From assembly GCA_002104945.1 (NCBI GenBank), contig MCFH01000051.1, forward strand, positions 1 through 64,000: a DNA stretch of 64,000 nucleotides, written 5' to 3'. This DNA comes from Piromyces finnis finn (taxonomy: Eukaryota > Fungi > Neocallimastigomycota). The notes beneath the pieces were generated by a model. The model searched no databases, was not told the DNA's origin, and saw nothing but the letters and a program-made list of their open reading frames with translations. Position 1 is the stretch's first letter. Each line of letters begins with the position of its first letter. This document shows, in pieces, positions 28,664 through 42,636 of the stretch. The position numbers and the translations under genes are program-made.

Positions 28664-30043
28664 TTAAATTATTTATATTGCTTTTTTATAATATTATCAT
28701 AGTTACTTAGTAAAGTAGCTGAAACAAGAGATGTTATTAATTACAAAAATGGTGAAAATGATCAAAGCAAAACAGAAAAACAAGAAAATGTTGATTATGT
28801 TATTGAACCAGAAAATGATGATCAGAAGAAAATTATGGAAAAAGATCAGCAATTAAGACTTTTTATGAATTTATTAAATTTTAAAGAAATAAAAGGTAAC
28901 TGATATAACAATAAATATGTTATTTTTGTTAACGTTTTTAGTAATGATATTAATATATATATTATTTATTTGCCCATATTCTTTAATATTATAAATAATG
29001 TAGAATTTGAAACACCCGAAAATAAAGAAGGTAATGATAATGAAGATAATGTTGAGTTAACTTCAAATAATATATGGATTGTTCCAAAAGAATATACAAG
29101 ATATAAATTAATAGAAACTAGAGAATTAATTCTTCGTTATGAAAATGAGCCAATTGATATTTTAAATAAAAAGTCAGCCAGCAAGTTAGTAAAAAAAATT
29201 AAGAAGAGAGGTCAAAGAAAAAGAGTAACACGTAAAACTGATAGCAAAAATAAGTCTACTGAAACTATTATAACCGATCTATCAGCACCATACATTTTAG
29301 ACGAAAAAGATAATACAAGTGATGATGATAGTGATGATGAAGCATTTAATGAATTCTTGAAAAGAGAAGCAGAATTAAGACAGAGAACAAGTGAGAAGCA
29401 TGAAAAGTTAATTGAAGAAGAAAATGAAAAAAGAAGTCAAGCATCATTAAAGAAAGATAAAATATTAAAAAATATTGAATCAAGAATAAAGAATAAAAAA
29501 GCAAGACAAACTAAAAGGAGCAAAAAATCATCTGAAGTCATTGAAATAGATGATGATAATAATAATGAAAATAAAGATATACAAATGGACTCTACATCAC
29601 AACCAAAAAAGAAATTAATAAAACATAATAAGGCACCCATTATTCTTGAAGATGATGACTATGATGATGATACTAATAATATATCATCTCAACAAAATTT
29701 ATCACCTACAAGTGTAAATCAAAAAATTGGTTTTGGATTTGAAAGTGATACTGAATCTGATTCTGAATTTGTATTTAAAGCCCAAAATGCCTTAGCCTCG
29801 TCTTTAGTAAATGAAAAGGATATTTCAATATTGGAATTATCATCATTCAATAATAATAATAATAATCAAGACCAAAATAGTATGTCAGAGGAAACATTAA
29901 ATAAAGATAGTTCAAATTCTAATAAAAGAAAAATTGATGAAAATGATATACAAGAATTAGAAAATGATATTGAAAATATTCAAATTAATAATAAAAAAAG
30001 AAAAAAGATGTTAATTGTAGAATCAGATTCTGAAAATGAATAA
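24191..30043 (+). CDS. TOF1: Replication fork protection complex subunit Tof1/Swi1/Timeless, multi-exon
   Basis: The spliced N-terminus ...LLSVCSALGGF...YVIGDECYDCLKDLKKFLRQDD...SLGSWMIVQKDLIPIL... is the Timeless N-terminal domain. Also LIFTLIRNLL, WNMLILEIFYYMF and SRHSRFGG; acidic low-complexity last exon to 30043. Confidence 0.9.
28372..28445. repeat. (TTTA)n microsatellite inside a TOF1 intron
   Basis: Long ttta/tatt tetranucleotide run. Confidence 0.85.
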
Positions 30044-30840
30044 GTTTTAATTATTTAATCTAATAATAAATATTCAGGATAAAAAATAATAATAATAATA
30101 ATAATAATATTGTCAACCTATAAAAATATTTTTATTATTGTTGTTGTTACAACAATTATTAATTTATTAAATCATGTTTCATACATAATTGAATTTTTTT
30201 TAAACTTTTTTTTGTTCGTATGGAGCAATACATATATATATAAAAATAGATGTAATTTATACTAAAAAGACTTACATATTAATATTATTATTTAAACAAA
30301 TAATAAAATTATTTAATTAATTTTTATAATTTAATTTTATTTATTTTATTTAAATTTTTCATTTGTTTAAATGAATAATTTTATTCTTTCTAAAACACTT
30401 ATTATTTATAATTATTAATAAATATACAATATTATATTTATATTATTAGTGAATTATTGATTATTATTTTAAGTAGGGTATAATAAATTAATACATAAAT
30501 TGTTTTTTCTTTATAATAGATAAAACAATTTAATTATAGATAATATTTGATAGTTTTTCTATTAAAATTGTTTTTAACTAATACTTAAATTTTAAAATAT
30601 TTAAGTATTAAGTATTATTATATATTATAATTAAAATTATTATTATTATTATTTTTTTTTTAGTGATGTTATCGTTAAATTAGTAGTTGTCAAATAAATA
30701 TTTTTTTTAGGATTATTAATATATATTATGTTTAATGATATTTAGTTGAACTTAAATTATTTTAAGTTTTATCACATTTCGTTTTGATTTTAATTATTAT
30801 TATTTTTTTTTTTTTTGTTTTCTTTATATTTTGAATTGAT

Positions 30841-33282
30841 TTACATCTTTTCATGGAAGGTACGAGCAATAACTTCCTTTTGTTGTTGTGGTGTTAATTT
30901 TACAAAATTGACAGCATATCCAGAAACACGAATAGTTAAGTTTGGATAGTTTTCTGGATGAGCCATAGCATCTTCTAAGGTTTCACGTTTAAGAACATTA
31001 ACATTAAGATGATGGGCACCTTTGGTGAAGTATCCGTCTAGTAATCCTGAAAGATTACCTTGACGTTCTTTCAATGATTTACCAATGGTATTTGGAACAA
31101 TAGAGAATGTGTTTGAAATACCATCCATGCATGAATCGTAGTTAACCTTAGCAACGGATGAAAGAGAAGCAACAGCACCTGAAAATTCACGACCATGCAT
31201 TGGATTACAACCTGGAGCAAAAGCTTGACCTGCTTTACGACCATCTGGAGTAGAACCTGTTTTCTTACCATAAACAACATTGGAAGTAATTGTAAGGATA
31301 GAAAGGGTGTGAGTAGCATTACGGTAAGTTGGAGTCTTTCTGAGTTTGTTAATAAGCTTATCAGTGACAGTTTTGGCGAAATAATCAACACGATCATCAT
31401 CATTACCGAATTTTGGGAAGTCACCTTCAATCTTGAAGTCAACAGTTAAACCGGTCTTTGGATCACGAATTGGAGTGACCTTGGCATACTTAATTGCAGA
31501 GAAAGAGTCAGCAACAACAGAAAGACCAGCAACACCAAATGCCATAAGACGACGAACATCGGTGTCGTGAAGAGCCATTTGAAGTGATTCGTAGCAGTAT
31601 TGGTCATGAGAATAGTGAATAACATTCATGGTATTAACATAAAGCTTAGCAATCCAATCCATGGCTTTATCATAAGCTTCCCACATCCATTCAAATGGAA
31701 TTGGACCTTCTGGAACTGGTCCGAAATCTGGACCAACTTGCTTACCAGTTCTTTCATCTTTACCATGATTAAGAACATAAAGCATAAGTTTAGCGAGATT
31801 ACAACGAGCACCAAAGAATTGCATATCTTTACCAATTCTCATGGCAGAAACACAACAAGCAATTCCATAGTCATCTCCGAATCTAGCTGACATGAGAGCA
31901 TCGGATTCATATTGAATAGAAGAGGTATCGATAGAAACCTTGGTAGCGAAATCTTTAAAGTTTCTTGGAAGTGATTTATTCCAGAGAACAGTGATATTTG
32001 GTTCTGGAGCTGGTCCTAAATTATAAAGAGTATTAAGAATACGGAAGGAAGTCTTGGTGACTAAGGTACGACCATCTCTTCCCATACCACCAACTGACAT
32101 AGTAACCCAAGTTGGATCACCAGCAAATAAATCATTGTATTCTGGAGTACGTAAATGACGAGCAAAACGTAATTTTAAAATAAGATTATCAACGATTTCT
32201 TGAGCTTCGGATTCGGTGATGACTCCATTCTTTAAATCATTTTCAAAGAAGCAATCGAGGAAGGCATCAACACGACCAAGAGACATGGCAGCACCATCTT
32301 GTTCTTTGATTGAACCTAAGTAACCAAAATAGACAAATTGAGTGGCTTCTCTGGCATTTTTAGCTGGTTTAGAAATATCAATTCCATAAGATTTAGCCAT
32401 TTGAGTGAGCTGTTTAAGAGCCTTGATTTGGTCAGCAACTTCACCAATTAATTTCATGGTTGGTTCATCCATCAATTTCTTTTGTAATTCAACTCTATCC
32501 ATTTCTTTTTGAGCAATGAGACGGTCAGTACCGTAGAGAGCAACACGACGATAATCACCGATGATACGACCACGACCGTAACCATCCGGTAAACCTGTCA
32601 TAATAGCATTAGAACGTCCAGATCTCATTTCTTTAGAGTAAAGATCAAAGACAGCAGTGTTGTGAGTCTTACGATATTCTGAAAAAATGTGTTCAATATT
32701 TTCATCCATTGGAACATTAACAGCATTAAGAGCATTTTTAACCATGTTGACACCACCGAATGGTTTGATGGCTCTCTTCAATGGTTCGTCGGTTTGATAA
32801 CCGAAAATAACTTCATTTTCCTTGTCAAGGTAACCAGGTTTATGAGAAGTGATAGTTGATGGAGTATGTGGATCAACATCGTATAAACCGCCATTTTCAC
32901 GTTCTTTAGCTAAATATTCTTCAGCCTTTGCATAGAGCTTCTTTGTCTTATCGGTTGGACCAGCAAGGAAAGAACCATCACCTTCATATGGAGTGTAATG
33001 TTTCTTAATCCAACCTTCAACATCGATTTCGGTCTTTGAAGCAGCATCGCCGGTAATGGATGGAGCTTGAGTAGCGTATGTTTTAGTTTGAACAGATGAG
33101 AAAGTTGATTTTTTGGAACACTTATTCTTGAGACCAGAGGTAGTCATAATTGGAGTTGAAGTATGAAGAGCACGAGATGGTTTAGATAATCTAACACCAG
33201 CAATTTTTGTGGCAGAAACAGCATTAACTGGAACTGACTTAGCAATAGCGTTGTTAATTTGACATAAAGTTAAACTTTCCAT
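30841..33282 (-). CDS. PFL: Pyruvate formate-lyase with N-terminal organellar (hydrogenosomal) presequence, 813 aa, intronless
   Basis: Catalytic IACCVS, glycyl-radical loop [19 protein letters not shown] and QFFGAR. About 70-aa Ser/Thr/Lys/Arg-rich extension ending ...QTKTY|ATQ, resembling a mitochondrial-type presequence and the published hydrogenosomal PFL of anaerobic fungi (from memory, not searched). Confidence 0.97.
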   Translation of the reverse strand: MESLTLCQINNAIAKSVPVNAVSATKIAGVRLSKPSRALHTSTPIMTTSGLKNKCSKKSTFSSVQTKTYATQAPSITGDAASKTEIDVEGWIKKHYTPYEGDGSFLAGPTDKTKKLYAKAEEYLAKERENGGLYDVDPHTPSTITSHKPGYLDKENEVIFGYQTDEPLKRAIKPFGGVNMVKNALNAVNVPMDENIEHIFSEYRKTHNTAVFDLYSKEMRSGRSNAIMTGLPDGYGRGRIIGDYRRVALYGTDRLIAQKEMDRVELQKKLMDEPTMKLIGEVADQIKALKQLTQMAKSYGIDISKPAKNAREATQFVYFGYLGSIKEQDGAAMSLGRVDAFLDCFFENDLKNGVITESEAQEIVDNLILKLRFARHLRTPEYNDLFAGDPTWVTMSVGGMGRDGRTLVTKTSFRILNTLYNLGPAPEPNITVLWNKSLPRNFKDFATKVSIDTSSIQYESDALMSARFGDDYGIACCVSAMRIGKDMQFFGARCNLAKLMLYVLNHGKDERTGKQVGPDFGPVPEGPIPFEWMWEAYDKAMDWIAKLYVNTMNVIHYSHDQYCYESLQMALHDTDVRRLMAFGVAGLSVVADSFSAIKYAKVTPIRDPKTGLTVDFKIEGDFPKFGNDDDRVDYFAKTVTDKLINKLRKTPTYRNATHTLSILTITSNVVYGKKTGSTPDGRKAGQAFAPGCNPMHGREFSGAVASLSSVAKVNYDSCMDGISNTFSIVPNTIGKSLKERQGNLSGLLDGYFTKGAHHLNVNVLKRETLEDAMAHPENYPNLTIRVSGYAVNFVKLTPQQQKEVIARTFHEKM

Positions 33283-35651
33283 TTTTAAACTGAGTATTGA
33301 TATATAGTTAATATTAGAGTATTTTAAAATTGATGAAGTAACTACGTAATATAGTAATATAGATTATGATTGATTATTTATTTACAATAAAATATAATAA
33401 ATATTTTAATTTATATAATTAATTTCTTTGGTTTATAATATTATTTATAATAAATAATGTTAAGAAATATAATATAATTTCTTAAATGTCGTTTTTTTAT
33501 ATATTTATATTAAAATTTGAATAGCTTATAATGTATAAAACTGATGAAGAAAAAAAAAAAAAGAAAATTTATTGATTTTTATAATAAAAATTTTTATGAT
33601 TTATAACTTTAATTAATAATATTAATTATATTATAAATATTATAAATATAAATACTGTTACACAGTATTGATTTACTATATTTTTAGGAAAACGATGCTA
33701 AATTTTTTTTTAATTTTTTTATTTTATAATATATTAATCTTTTTTTTAATTTAATAGATTAAATAGTAATATATTATTTAAATGTATAAAATAATATATT
33801 AAAAATAAAAATTTATAATTCAATATATGGATAATTTTCCTGTTAAAATTTATACCACACCAACAGTTTTATTCTATGCTTATTTAACCTAACAATTTAA
33901 TAATTAAAGAATCTAGTATTTAACAGCTCATTCTTTTATAATATAAAACTTTATAATACAAAGTTAATTTAAAATATTATTAAATTATCCTTTTTAGCTT
34001 GTTAATATAGTCATAGTCAATAATTTAATAATTTAACACTACTATTGAAATAAATACTATATATACATAATTCATTTTATTTTTACAAAAGATAATTAAA
34101 TGTAATAACATTAAATAAAATAATAAATACTTAGGTTTAGTTATAATTTTTTTATATATATTTATGAATGTATATGTACTTGTAACACTGTTGTATGTAA
34201 AATAGTTACATTATATTTACATAAAATATATGTACTTGTAATTAATCTTCCAAAATAAAATAATTTATTATAAATTTTGTAGGATATTTTAACGAAAAAT
34301 TTATTAACTATTAAATTTATATATATTATATATTACAATACAATCTATTAAATTAAAAAAATACTAATATTAATAAAATAAAAAATATATACATAAAAAG
34401 TGTGAAAAAAATATATTTTAACTACCTTTTCATCTTGATATAATTTTAATTTTAAGCGATAAACAATAAATAATAACTTTTTAGCATTAATTATTGAATA
34501 GAATAATAAATGTAAAATATAATAAAATTGAAGATTATTTACAAAGAATAATTAATAGTAAAAAATAACAATTAATAAAGCATCCTGTTATATAATTTTT
34601 CATAAATTTGATTCAATAGTTAAAATTTTTCATTATTTTTATTACTATATTCTAATAGATATACCTATGTAATTTAAAAAGGAAAATTAAATATTTTATT
34701 ATATATTCAAGATTTTTTTTAAATTTATGAGATAATATATTTATTATTAAATATTAAATATAACAAATAATAAATATAATTATAATAGTACAAATGAAAT
34801 ATTTTAGTTTTTATTTTTTTATGCCTTAAAAATTTATAATTCTTTTTTTTAGTTAAAGGGTTAAAAATATATTATTAAAATTTTAACATTTTAAATCCTA
34901 ACCCTCACTTATGTATAAATAATATAAATTGCTAAATAAAAAAAGTTTTTTTTTTTTTTTTTTTAACAATGCACTATTTTAATAAAATTTAACTTTTATA
35001 AATATATATTTATTTTTTAGAAAAAGAAGAGAATATACTTTTTTTATTTAATTTTTATTGGAAATAATTATATGTATAATAGGATAAAAAATAAATATAT
35101 ATAAAAGTAATATACTATATATTAGTAAAAATATGAGTTTCAACTTTAACTTTTATATTTTAGTGGACATCATACATCATGCCCGATAATACTTTCTAAA
35201 TTTATTTCATTTGATTTATTAAGTAGAAATAAAACTCACACAATATATATTACATATTACAAAGTTCATCAAACAGTTATACAACTTAAAAAAACTCATT
35301 TTATATATATATTTTTTTTATATATATATCTTAATTTTATATTTAGATAGTTCAATAACTTTTTATTACATACTTCTAATGTTTATTTAATCAAATTAAT
35401 AATTTATATTAAAAAATAATAAATCTATTATCTTTACTAATAAAAATTAATAACATAGTATAAAAAAGGTTTGCTTTACATTTTAGTCATATTATTTAAT
35501 ATTTCTTTTTAAAGTACTGATTTTTTTTTATTATATTTTTTTAAAAGAGAAAATAAAAGATATTTATTATTTTTATAATTTTATTTATACTTATTTTTTT
35601 ATATTTATTAATAATAAGTAGTATTAATGTTATTTTTTTATTATTATATGA

Positions 35652-36229
35652 TTTTTTTTAAAGGCATCAAATATTTTAAACTTTATTATTAATTAAAATT
35701 ATAATACATGTTATAAAAAAACAAAATTAAAAATAAAAAAAAATATGTTTAAATAAATACAAATGAATAAAAATTGGTATAATGTATTCTAGTAATTTTC
35801 ATTAAAGTATGAAAGCCATTATTATACTAAAATATAAAATTGTAGTTGACTTTCAATAGGATATCAAGCCAAAGATCAAAATTTTGTAATGAGACAAAAT
35901 TATGATCTCCATTGGTTGCGCTGGCCCTCCTGGCCTGTCTTACTGTTTCTTCAGCATTGACCCTCTTGGATGTTGCTTTAAACTTTTTGAATATTAACCA
36001 TTTCTAGCCAATAACAAAAATCATGATTTTGGTTAGAAGTTCCGCTGTTACGGTCAAGAATGGTGTTCCTTCGTAAGTGCTCGATTGAATCTGACACTTG
36101 CAAAGTTCTTTCCATTCCATTGAATTAGAATAATTGATATTATTAAAATTTCTTTCCTCAAGAAAGAATTTAAATATTTTATTACACACACTAGAATAAT
36201 CATACACATAAATATTCACACGATTATTA
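35652..36229 (-). mobile_element. 5'-truncated, degenerate copy of the 3' end of the non-LTR element at 42844-48420
   Basis: Aligns by eye, at roughly 85% identity, to 42890-43470 (3'UTR plus ORF C-terminus). Premature TAG at the IGQQW codon position and a short T-run remnant of the poly(A) tail at 35652-35659. Confidence 0.92.
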
Positions 36230-36797
36230 TATGATATCCATGGCATACATAACCATATTTATATAAATGATACAAATTATAAATTTATATGTAAATTCAT
36301 GTTTAAATTATAATATATTGTAAAATTAAGTATTAAATTTCATAATATTATTAACATAAATATTATTATAACTATAAATTATTTTTTTATATATATTAAT
36401 AGTATAGTAATAATGTTATTAAAGTATTACCAGAAGAAGAATGGTTCATTTATAACTTTTACAATTTTTGATATTTACAATATATTTATAATATTCTTAA
36501 TTATTATTTATTAATAATTAAACACAAGCATACACACACACAGAAATAATAAAAAAAAAAGTTTAAATTTAAATATATCTCTTTTGTATTATATATTTTT
36601 ATTTTATTACATTTATATATACTTTTTTTTGTAATAAATAAAAAAAAGATTATTTACATTAAAATAATAGAATAAATAAAATGATAGTATTTAATTAAAT
36701 ATATATATTTTTAAATTATTAATTATTGGTTATTGGTATATTTATTGATTGTTATATTTATTAGTCTACTTAAAATAAAAAGGTATTTAATTTATTT

Positions 36798-38999
36798 TTA
36801 AAGAGTTTCATGGAAAGTTCTGGCAATAACTTCTCTTTGTTGTTGTGGTGATAAACGAATAAAGTGAACTGCATATCCTGAAACACGAATGGTTAAGTTT
36901 GGATAGTTTTCGGGATGAATCATGGCATCTTCTAATGTTTCACGAACTAAAACATTAACATTTAGGTGGAATCCGCCTTGACTAAAGTAGCCATCTAATA
37001 ATCCTGTGAGATTAATAATACGTTCCTTTTCAATTTTACCTAACACGGTAGGAACAAATGTAAATGTATTGGAAATACCATCTTTACAATATTCATATTC
37101 AACTTTACTAACGGAATTGAGTGAAGCTACTGCTCCATTAGTTTCACGACCATGCATTGGATTACATCCTGGTGCAAATGCTTCTCCACTTTTACGTCCA
37201 TCAGGTGTGGATCCTGTCTTCTTACCATAAACAACATTAGATGTAATGGTTAAAATAGATAATGTATGTTCTGCTCCTCTGTATGCTGGATATTTCTTTA
37301 ATTTGCCAAGGAATATTTTAGGGAGTTCAATGGCAAATTGATCAACACGATCATCGTCATTTCCGAATTTGGGGAAATCGCCTTCTATTTTGAAGTCGGT
37401 AGTTAATCCTGTTTCAGGATTACGAATTGGAAATACTTTAGCATGCTTAATAGCTGAGAATGAATCAACAATGACAGAGAAACCTGCAATACCAAATGCC
37501 ATGTAACGATGAACATTTGTATCATGTAATGCCATTTGAACAGCTTCATAGCAATATCTATCATGAGAATAGTGAATGGTGTTCATGGTGTTGACATAAA
37601 GACATGCAATCCAATCCATTGCTTTATCATAAATTTCCCATGCTGATTCGAAATTAATAGATCCATCTTCATTTAATTTGATATCTCCGAAATCTGGTCC
37701 GACTTGCTTTTCTGTTCTTTCATCATAACCATGATTGAAAGCATAAAGTAAAAGTTTGGCCAAGTTGCAACGAGCTCCGAAGAATTGCATATCTTTTCCA
37801 ATTCTCATTTGTGAAACGCAACAGGCAATTGCATAGTCATCTCCAAACATGTCGTTCATGAGATTGTCATTTTCATATTGAATGGATGAAGTATCAATTG
37901 AAATTTTGTTACAGAAATTTTTGAAAGGTGTTGGAAGTTTATTATTCCATAAAACGGTGATATTTGGTTCAGGAGCTGCTCCAAGAGTTCTGAGAGTATT
38001 AACAATACGATAAGAAGTTTTACTAACTAATGGTCTTCCATCTATTCCCATACCACCAACAACCATGGTAACCCATGTTGGATCACCGGCAAATAAGTCG
38101 TTGTATTCAGGAGTACGTAAATGACGAACTAATCTAAGTTTGATGATTAATTGATCGATTAAATCTTGAGCTTCTGCTTCCGTTAAAATTCCTTTCTTCA
38201 TATCATTTTCGATGTATACATCGAAGAAACAATCAACACGACCAAAAGACATGGCTGCTCCATCTTGATCCTTAACACTAGCAAGATAGCCAAAGTAAGT
38301 GTATTGAATGGCTTCTTTAGCATTTGTAGCTGGCTTAGAAATATCAAATCCATATCTTTGACCAAGACCTTTTAATTCGTTGAGAGCTCTGATTTGTTCT
38401 GAAATTTCTTCTCTTGTACGCATACTTTCTTCTGTCATGGTGATTCCAAGAGAAAGTTTATCTTGTTGTTTCCATTCGATTAATTGATCAACACCGTATA
38501 AAGCAACACGACGGTAATCACCAATGATACGACCACGACCATATCCATCTGGTAAACCTGTGAGAATAGCATTAGATCTTGCTTTTCTCATTTCTGGAGT
38601 GTAAAGATCAAAGACACAATCATTGTGAGTTTTACGATATTTGAATATCTCTTCAACAGAAGGATCAATATTACGATCATAAGCTTTTAAAGCATTCTTG
38701 ACAACACGAACACCACCGAATGGCTTAATAGAACGCTTGAGAGGTGCATCAGTTTGTAAACCAACAATATCTTCTTTTTCTTTTATAATATAACCAGCTT
38801 CATGAGAATTAACTGTTGAGATAGTTTTGTTATCAACATCGAGACAGCCATTACTTTTTATTTCTTCAACACGGAGTTCACAACATTTAGCCCATACATC
38901 CTTAGCATTTTGAGATGCTTCAGTTACGAGGAATGAAGCATCACCTTCATATGGAGTGTAATTTTCTTTAATCCACTTGGCAACGTCAATAACTTGCAT
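36798..38999 (-). CDS. PFL: Pyruvate formate-lyase without presequence (putative cytosolic), copy 1, 733 aa, intronless
   Basis: [25 protein letters not shown] and QFFGAR intact. Starts directly at [20 protein letters not shown] with no targeting extension. Confidence 0.96.
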   Translation of the reverse strand: MQVIDVAKWIKENYTPYEGDASFLVTEASQNAKDVWAKCCELRVEEIKSNGCLDVDNKTISTVNSHEAGYIIKEKEDIVGLQTDAPLKRSIKPFGGVRVVKNALKAYDRNIDPSVEEIFKYRKTHNDCVFDLYTPEMRKARSNAILTGLPDGYGRGRIIGDYRRVALYGVDQLIEWKQQDKLSLGITMTEESMRTREEISEQIRALNELKGLGQRYGFDISKPATNAKEAIQYTYFGYLASVKDQDGAAMSFGRVDCFFDVYIENDMKKGILTEAEAQDLIDQLIIKLRLVRHLRTPEYNDLFAGDPTWVTMVVGGMGIDGRPLVSKTSYRIVNTLRTLGAAPEPNITVLWNNKLPTPFKNFCNKISIDTSSIQYENDNLMNDMFGDDYAIACCVSQMRIGKDMQFFGARCNLAKLLLYAFNHGYDERTEKQVGPDFGDIKLNEDGSINFESAWEIYDKAMDWIACLYVNTMNTIHYSHDRYCYEAVQMALHDTNVHRYMAFGIAGFSVIVDSFSAIKHAKVFPIRNPETGLTTDFKIEGDFPKFGNDDDRVDQFAIELPKIFLGKLKKYPAYRGAEHTLSILTITSNVVYGKKTGSTPDGRKSGEAFAPGCNPMHGRETNGAVASLNSVSKVEYEYCKDGISNTFTFVPTVLGKIEKERIINLTGLLDGYFSQGGFHLNVNVLVRETLEDAMIHPENYPNLTIRVSGYAVHFIRLSPQQQREVIARTFHETL

Positions 39000-39459
39000 T
39001 TTGATAATTTATTAATTCTTTTAAAAATGTAATTTATAAATAAAAATGAAAAATTCTATACTATTCTTTAATGATATTTAACAGTTATTATAATTATTAA
39101 AATTGTTTTATTATTATTTATATTATTATTAATATTAGTATAATATATATTTTTTTTAATTATTAAAGGTATATAATATTTTTTATTGAAAAGAAAAATA
39201 TTTTAAATTTTAAAAATCTTTAATAAACTTTCTTATTAAAATTTAATATTTAAATTGCTAATGAATAATAAAAAATTTTTTGAGAAATTTTTTTCTTTTA
39301 TATTGATTTTTAAATAAATAAAAATTTATAAATCTAATATATTAGTTTATAATTTAATATATAAAAATTTATTAAAAATAATATATTTTGTCATACCTTT
39401 TTAAATAAAAAATAAAAATAAAAAATTTTATTAATGAAAATTGAACGATAAATTTTTGC

Positions 39460-39973
39460 TAAAACAACCGAAAAAAAAAACTTTAAATCTAGGGAGAATT
39501 TTCTATATTTAATTTTAATCTTTTTGAATATTTCAAATAACTATATTAATTATTTTACAGAATTAAGTATTAAACAGAATTAAATATTAATATAAATAAA
39601 TTAACTCAAAAATGCATGGCGTTTTATTATTATTTAATATTTTTCAAATATTCAAACAATTACTTTCATTATTATAATTGAAATTATTTTAATCTACTTC
39701 TTATAAACATCAAAGTATTAAAGAATTAAGCAATAAAAGAGCATATAATTAATAAAAAAATTAAAATATAAAATATTTATTTAAAGTGTCAATAAGTAAA
39801 ATTTAATTTTTCCAGTATAAGGTCCTATAAAAAATATTTTTGCAATCGTAAAAAATTCCATTAAATTTAATATAAGGGTTAGTTTATTGAATATTAAAAA
39901 ATAGTTATTAATGTAAATTATTCCTGTGTTTCCTGTGTTTCAAAATAAAGTTTTCTATAATTTTGGCTATTTC
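39460..39973. promoter_or_regulatory. Unique spacer at the centre of the divergent PFL pair (probable shared upstream control region)
   Basis: Lies between head-to-head PFL starts (38999 and 40435). Contains a tandem TTCCTGTGT x2 at 39921-39941. Function inferred from position only. Confidence 0.45.
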
Positions 39974-40434
39974 GCAAAAATTTATCGTTCAATTTTCATT
40001 AATAAAATTTTTTATTTTTATTTTTTATTTAAAAAGGTATGACAAAATATATTATTTTTAATAAATTTTTATATATTAAATTATAAACTAATATATTAGA
40101 TTTATAAATTTTTATTTATTTAAAAATCAATATAAAAGAAAAAAAATTTCTCAAAAAATTTTTTATTATTCATTATCAATTTAAATATTAAATTTTAATA
40201 AGAAAGTTTATTAAAGATTTTTAAAATTTAAAATATTTTTCTTTTCAATAAAAAATATTATATACCTTTAATAATTAAAAAAAATATATATTATACTAAT
40301 ATTAATAATAATATAAATAATAATAAAACAATTTTAATAATTATAATAACTGTTAAATATCATTAAAGAATAGTATAGAATTTTTCATTTTTATTTATAA
40401 ATTACATTTTTAAAAGAATTAATAAATTATCAAA

Positions 40435-42636
40435 ATGCAAGTTATTGACGTTGCCAAGTGGATTAAAGAAAATTACACTCCATATGAAGGTGATGCTTCA
40501 TTCCTCGTAACTGAAGCATCTCAAAATGCTAAGGATGTATGGGCTAAATGTTGTGAACTCCGTGTTGAAGAAATAAAAAGTAATGGCTGTCTCGATGTTG
40601 ATAACAAAACTATCTCAACAGTTAATTCTCATGAAGCTGGTTATATTATAAAAGAAAAAGAAGATATTGTTGGTTTACAAACTGATGCACCTCTCAAGCG
40701 TTCTATTAAGCCATTCGGTGGTGTTCGTGTTGTCAAGAATGCTTTAAAAGCTTATGATCGTAATATTGATCCTTCTGTTGAAGAGATATTCAAATATCGT
40801 AAAACTCACAATGATTGTGTCTTTGATCTTTACACTCCAGAAATGAGAAAAGCAAGATCTAATGCTATTCTCACAGGTTTACCAGATGGATATGGTCGTG
40901 GTCGTATCATTGGTGATTACCGTCGTGTTGCTTTATACGGTGTTGATCAATTAATCGAATGGAAACAACAAGATAAACTTTCTCTTGGAATCACCATGAC
41001 AGAAGAAAGTATGCGTACAAGAGAAGAAATTTCAGAACAAATCAGAGCTCTCAACGAATTAAAAGGTCTTGGTCAAAGATATGGATTTGATATTTCTAAG
41101 CCAGCTACAAATGCTAAAGAAGCCATTCAATACACTTACTTTGGCTATCTCGCTAGTGTTAAGGATCAAGATGGAGCAGCCATGTCTTTTGGTCGTGTTG
41201 ATTGTTTCTTTGATGTATACATCGAAAATGATATGAAGAAAGGAATTTTAACAGAAGCAGAAGCTCAAGATTTAATCGATCAATTAATCATCAAACTTAG
41301 ATTAGTTCGTCATTTACGTACTCCTGAATACAACGACTTATTTGCCGGTGATCCAACATGGGTTACCATGGTTGTTGGTGGTATGGGAATAGATGAAAGA
41401 CCATTAGTTAGTAAAACTTCTTATCGTATTGTTAATACTCTCAGAACTCTTGGAGCAGCTCCTGAACCAAATATCACCGTTTTATGGAATAATAAACTTC
41501 CAACACCTTTCAAAAATTTCTGTAACAAAATTTCAATTGATACTTCATCCATTCAATATGAAAATGACAATCTCATGAACGACATGTTTGGAGATGACTA
41601 TGCAATTGCCTGTTGTGTTTCACAGATGAGAATTGGAAAAGATATGCAATTCTTCGGAGCTCGTTGCAACTTGGCCAAACTTTTACTTTATGCTTTCAAT
41701 CATGGTTATGATGAAAGAACAGAAAAGCAAGTCGGACCAGATTTCGGAGATATCAAATTAAATGAAGATGGATCTGTTAATTTCGAATCAGCATGGGAAA
41801 TTTATGATAAAGCAATGGATTGGATTGCATGTCTTTATGTCAACACCATGAACACCATTCACTATTCTCATGATAGATATTGCTATGAAGCTGTTCAAAT
41901 GGCATTACACGATACAAATGTTCATCGTTACATGGCATTTGGTATTGCAGGTTTCTCTGTCATTGTTGATTCATTCTCAGCTATTAAGCATGCTAAAGTA
42001 TTTCCAATTCGTAATCCTGAAACAGGATTAACTACCGACTTCAAAATTGAAGGCGATTTCCCCAAATTCGGAAATGACGATGATCGTGTTGATCAATTTG
42101 CCATTGAACTCCCTAAAATATTCCTTGGTAAATTAAAGAAATATCCAGCATACAGAGGAGCAGAACATACATTATCTATTTTAACCATTACATCTAATGT
42201 TGTTTATGGTAAGAAGACAGGATCCACACCTGATGGACGTAAAAGTGGAGAAGCATTTGCACCAGGATGTAATCCAATGCATGGTCGTGAAACTAATGGA
42301 GCAGTAGCTTCACTCAATTCCGTTAGTAAAGTTGAATATGAATATTGTAAAGATGGTATTTCCAATACATTTACATTTGTTCCTACCGTGTTAGGTAAAA
42401 TTGAAAAGGAACGTATTATTAATCTCACAGGATTATTAGATGGCTACTTTAGTCAAGGCGGATTCCACCTAAATGTTAATGTTTTAGTTCGTGAAACATT
42501 AGAAGATGCCATGATTCATCCCGAAAACTATCCAAACTTAACCATTCGTGTTTCAGGATATGCAGTTCACTTTATTCGTTTATCACCACAACAACAAAGA
42601 GAAGTTATTGCCAGAACTTTCCATGAAACTCTTTAA
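40435..42636 (+). CDS. PFL: Pyruvate formate-lyase without presequence (putative cytosolic), copy 2, 733 aa, intronless
   Basis: Same motifs as copy 1. Differs by two amino acids (GIDGRP/GIDERP, DGSINF/DGSVNF). Confidence 0.96.
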   Translation: MQVIDVAKWIKENYTPYEGDASFLVTEASQNAKDVWAKCCELRVEEIKSNGCLDVDNKTISTVNSHEAGYIIKEKEDIVGLQTDAPLKRSIKPFGGVRVVKNALKAYDRNIDPSVEEIFKYRKTHNDCVFDLYTPEMRKARSNAILTGLPDGYGRGRIIGDYRRVALYGVDQLIEWKQQDKLSLGITMTEESMRTREEISEQIRALNELKGLGQRYGFDISKPATNAKEAIQYTYFGYLASVKDQDGAAMSFGRVDCFFDVYIENDMKKGILTEAEAQDLIDQLIIKLRLVRHLRTPEYNDLFAGDPTWVTMVVGGMGIDERPLVSKTSYRIVNTLRTLGAAPEPNITVLWNNKLPTPFKNFCNKISIDTSSIQYENDNLMNDMFGDDYAIACCVSQMRIGKDMQFFGARCNLAKLLLYAFNHGYDERTEKQVGPDFGDIKLNEDGSVNFESAWEIYDKAMDWIACLYVNTMNTIHYSHDRYCYEAVQMALHDTNVHRYMAFGIAGFSVIVDSFSAIKHAKVFPIRNPETGLTTDFKIEGDFPKFGNDDDRVDQFAIELPKIFLGKLKKYPAYRGAEHTLSILTITSNVVYGKKTGSTPDGRKSGEAFAPGCNPMHGRETNGAVASLNSVSKVEYEYCKDGISNTFTFVPTVLGKIEKERIINLTGLLDGYFSQGGFHLNVNVLVRETLEDAMIHPENYPNLTIRVSGYAVHFIRLSPQQQREVIARTFHETL

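Noticed and set aside
36004-36246. 80-aa ORF as an independent gene
   Set aside because: It is the stop-truncated remnant of the LINE ORF C-terminus.
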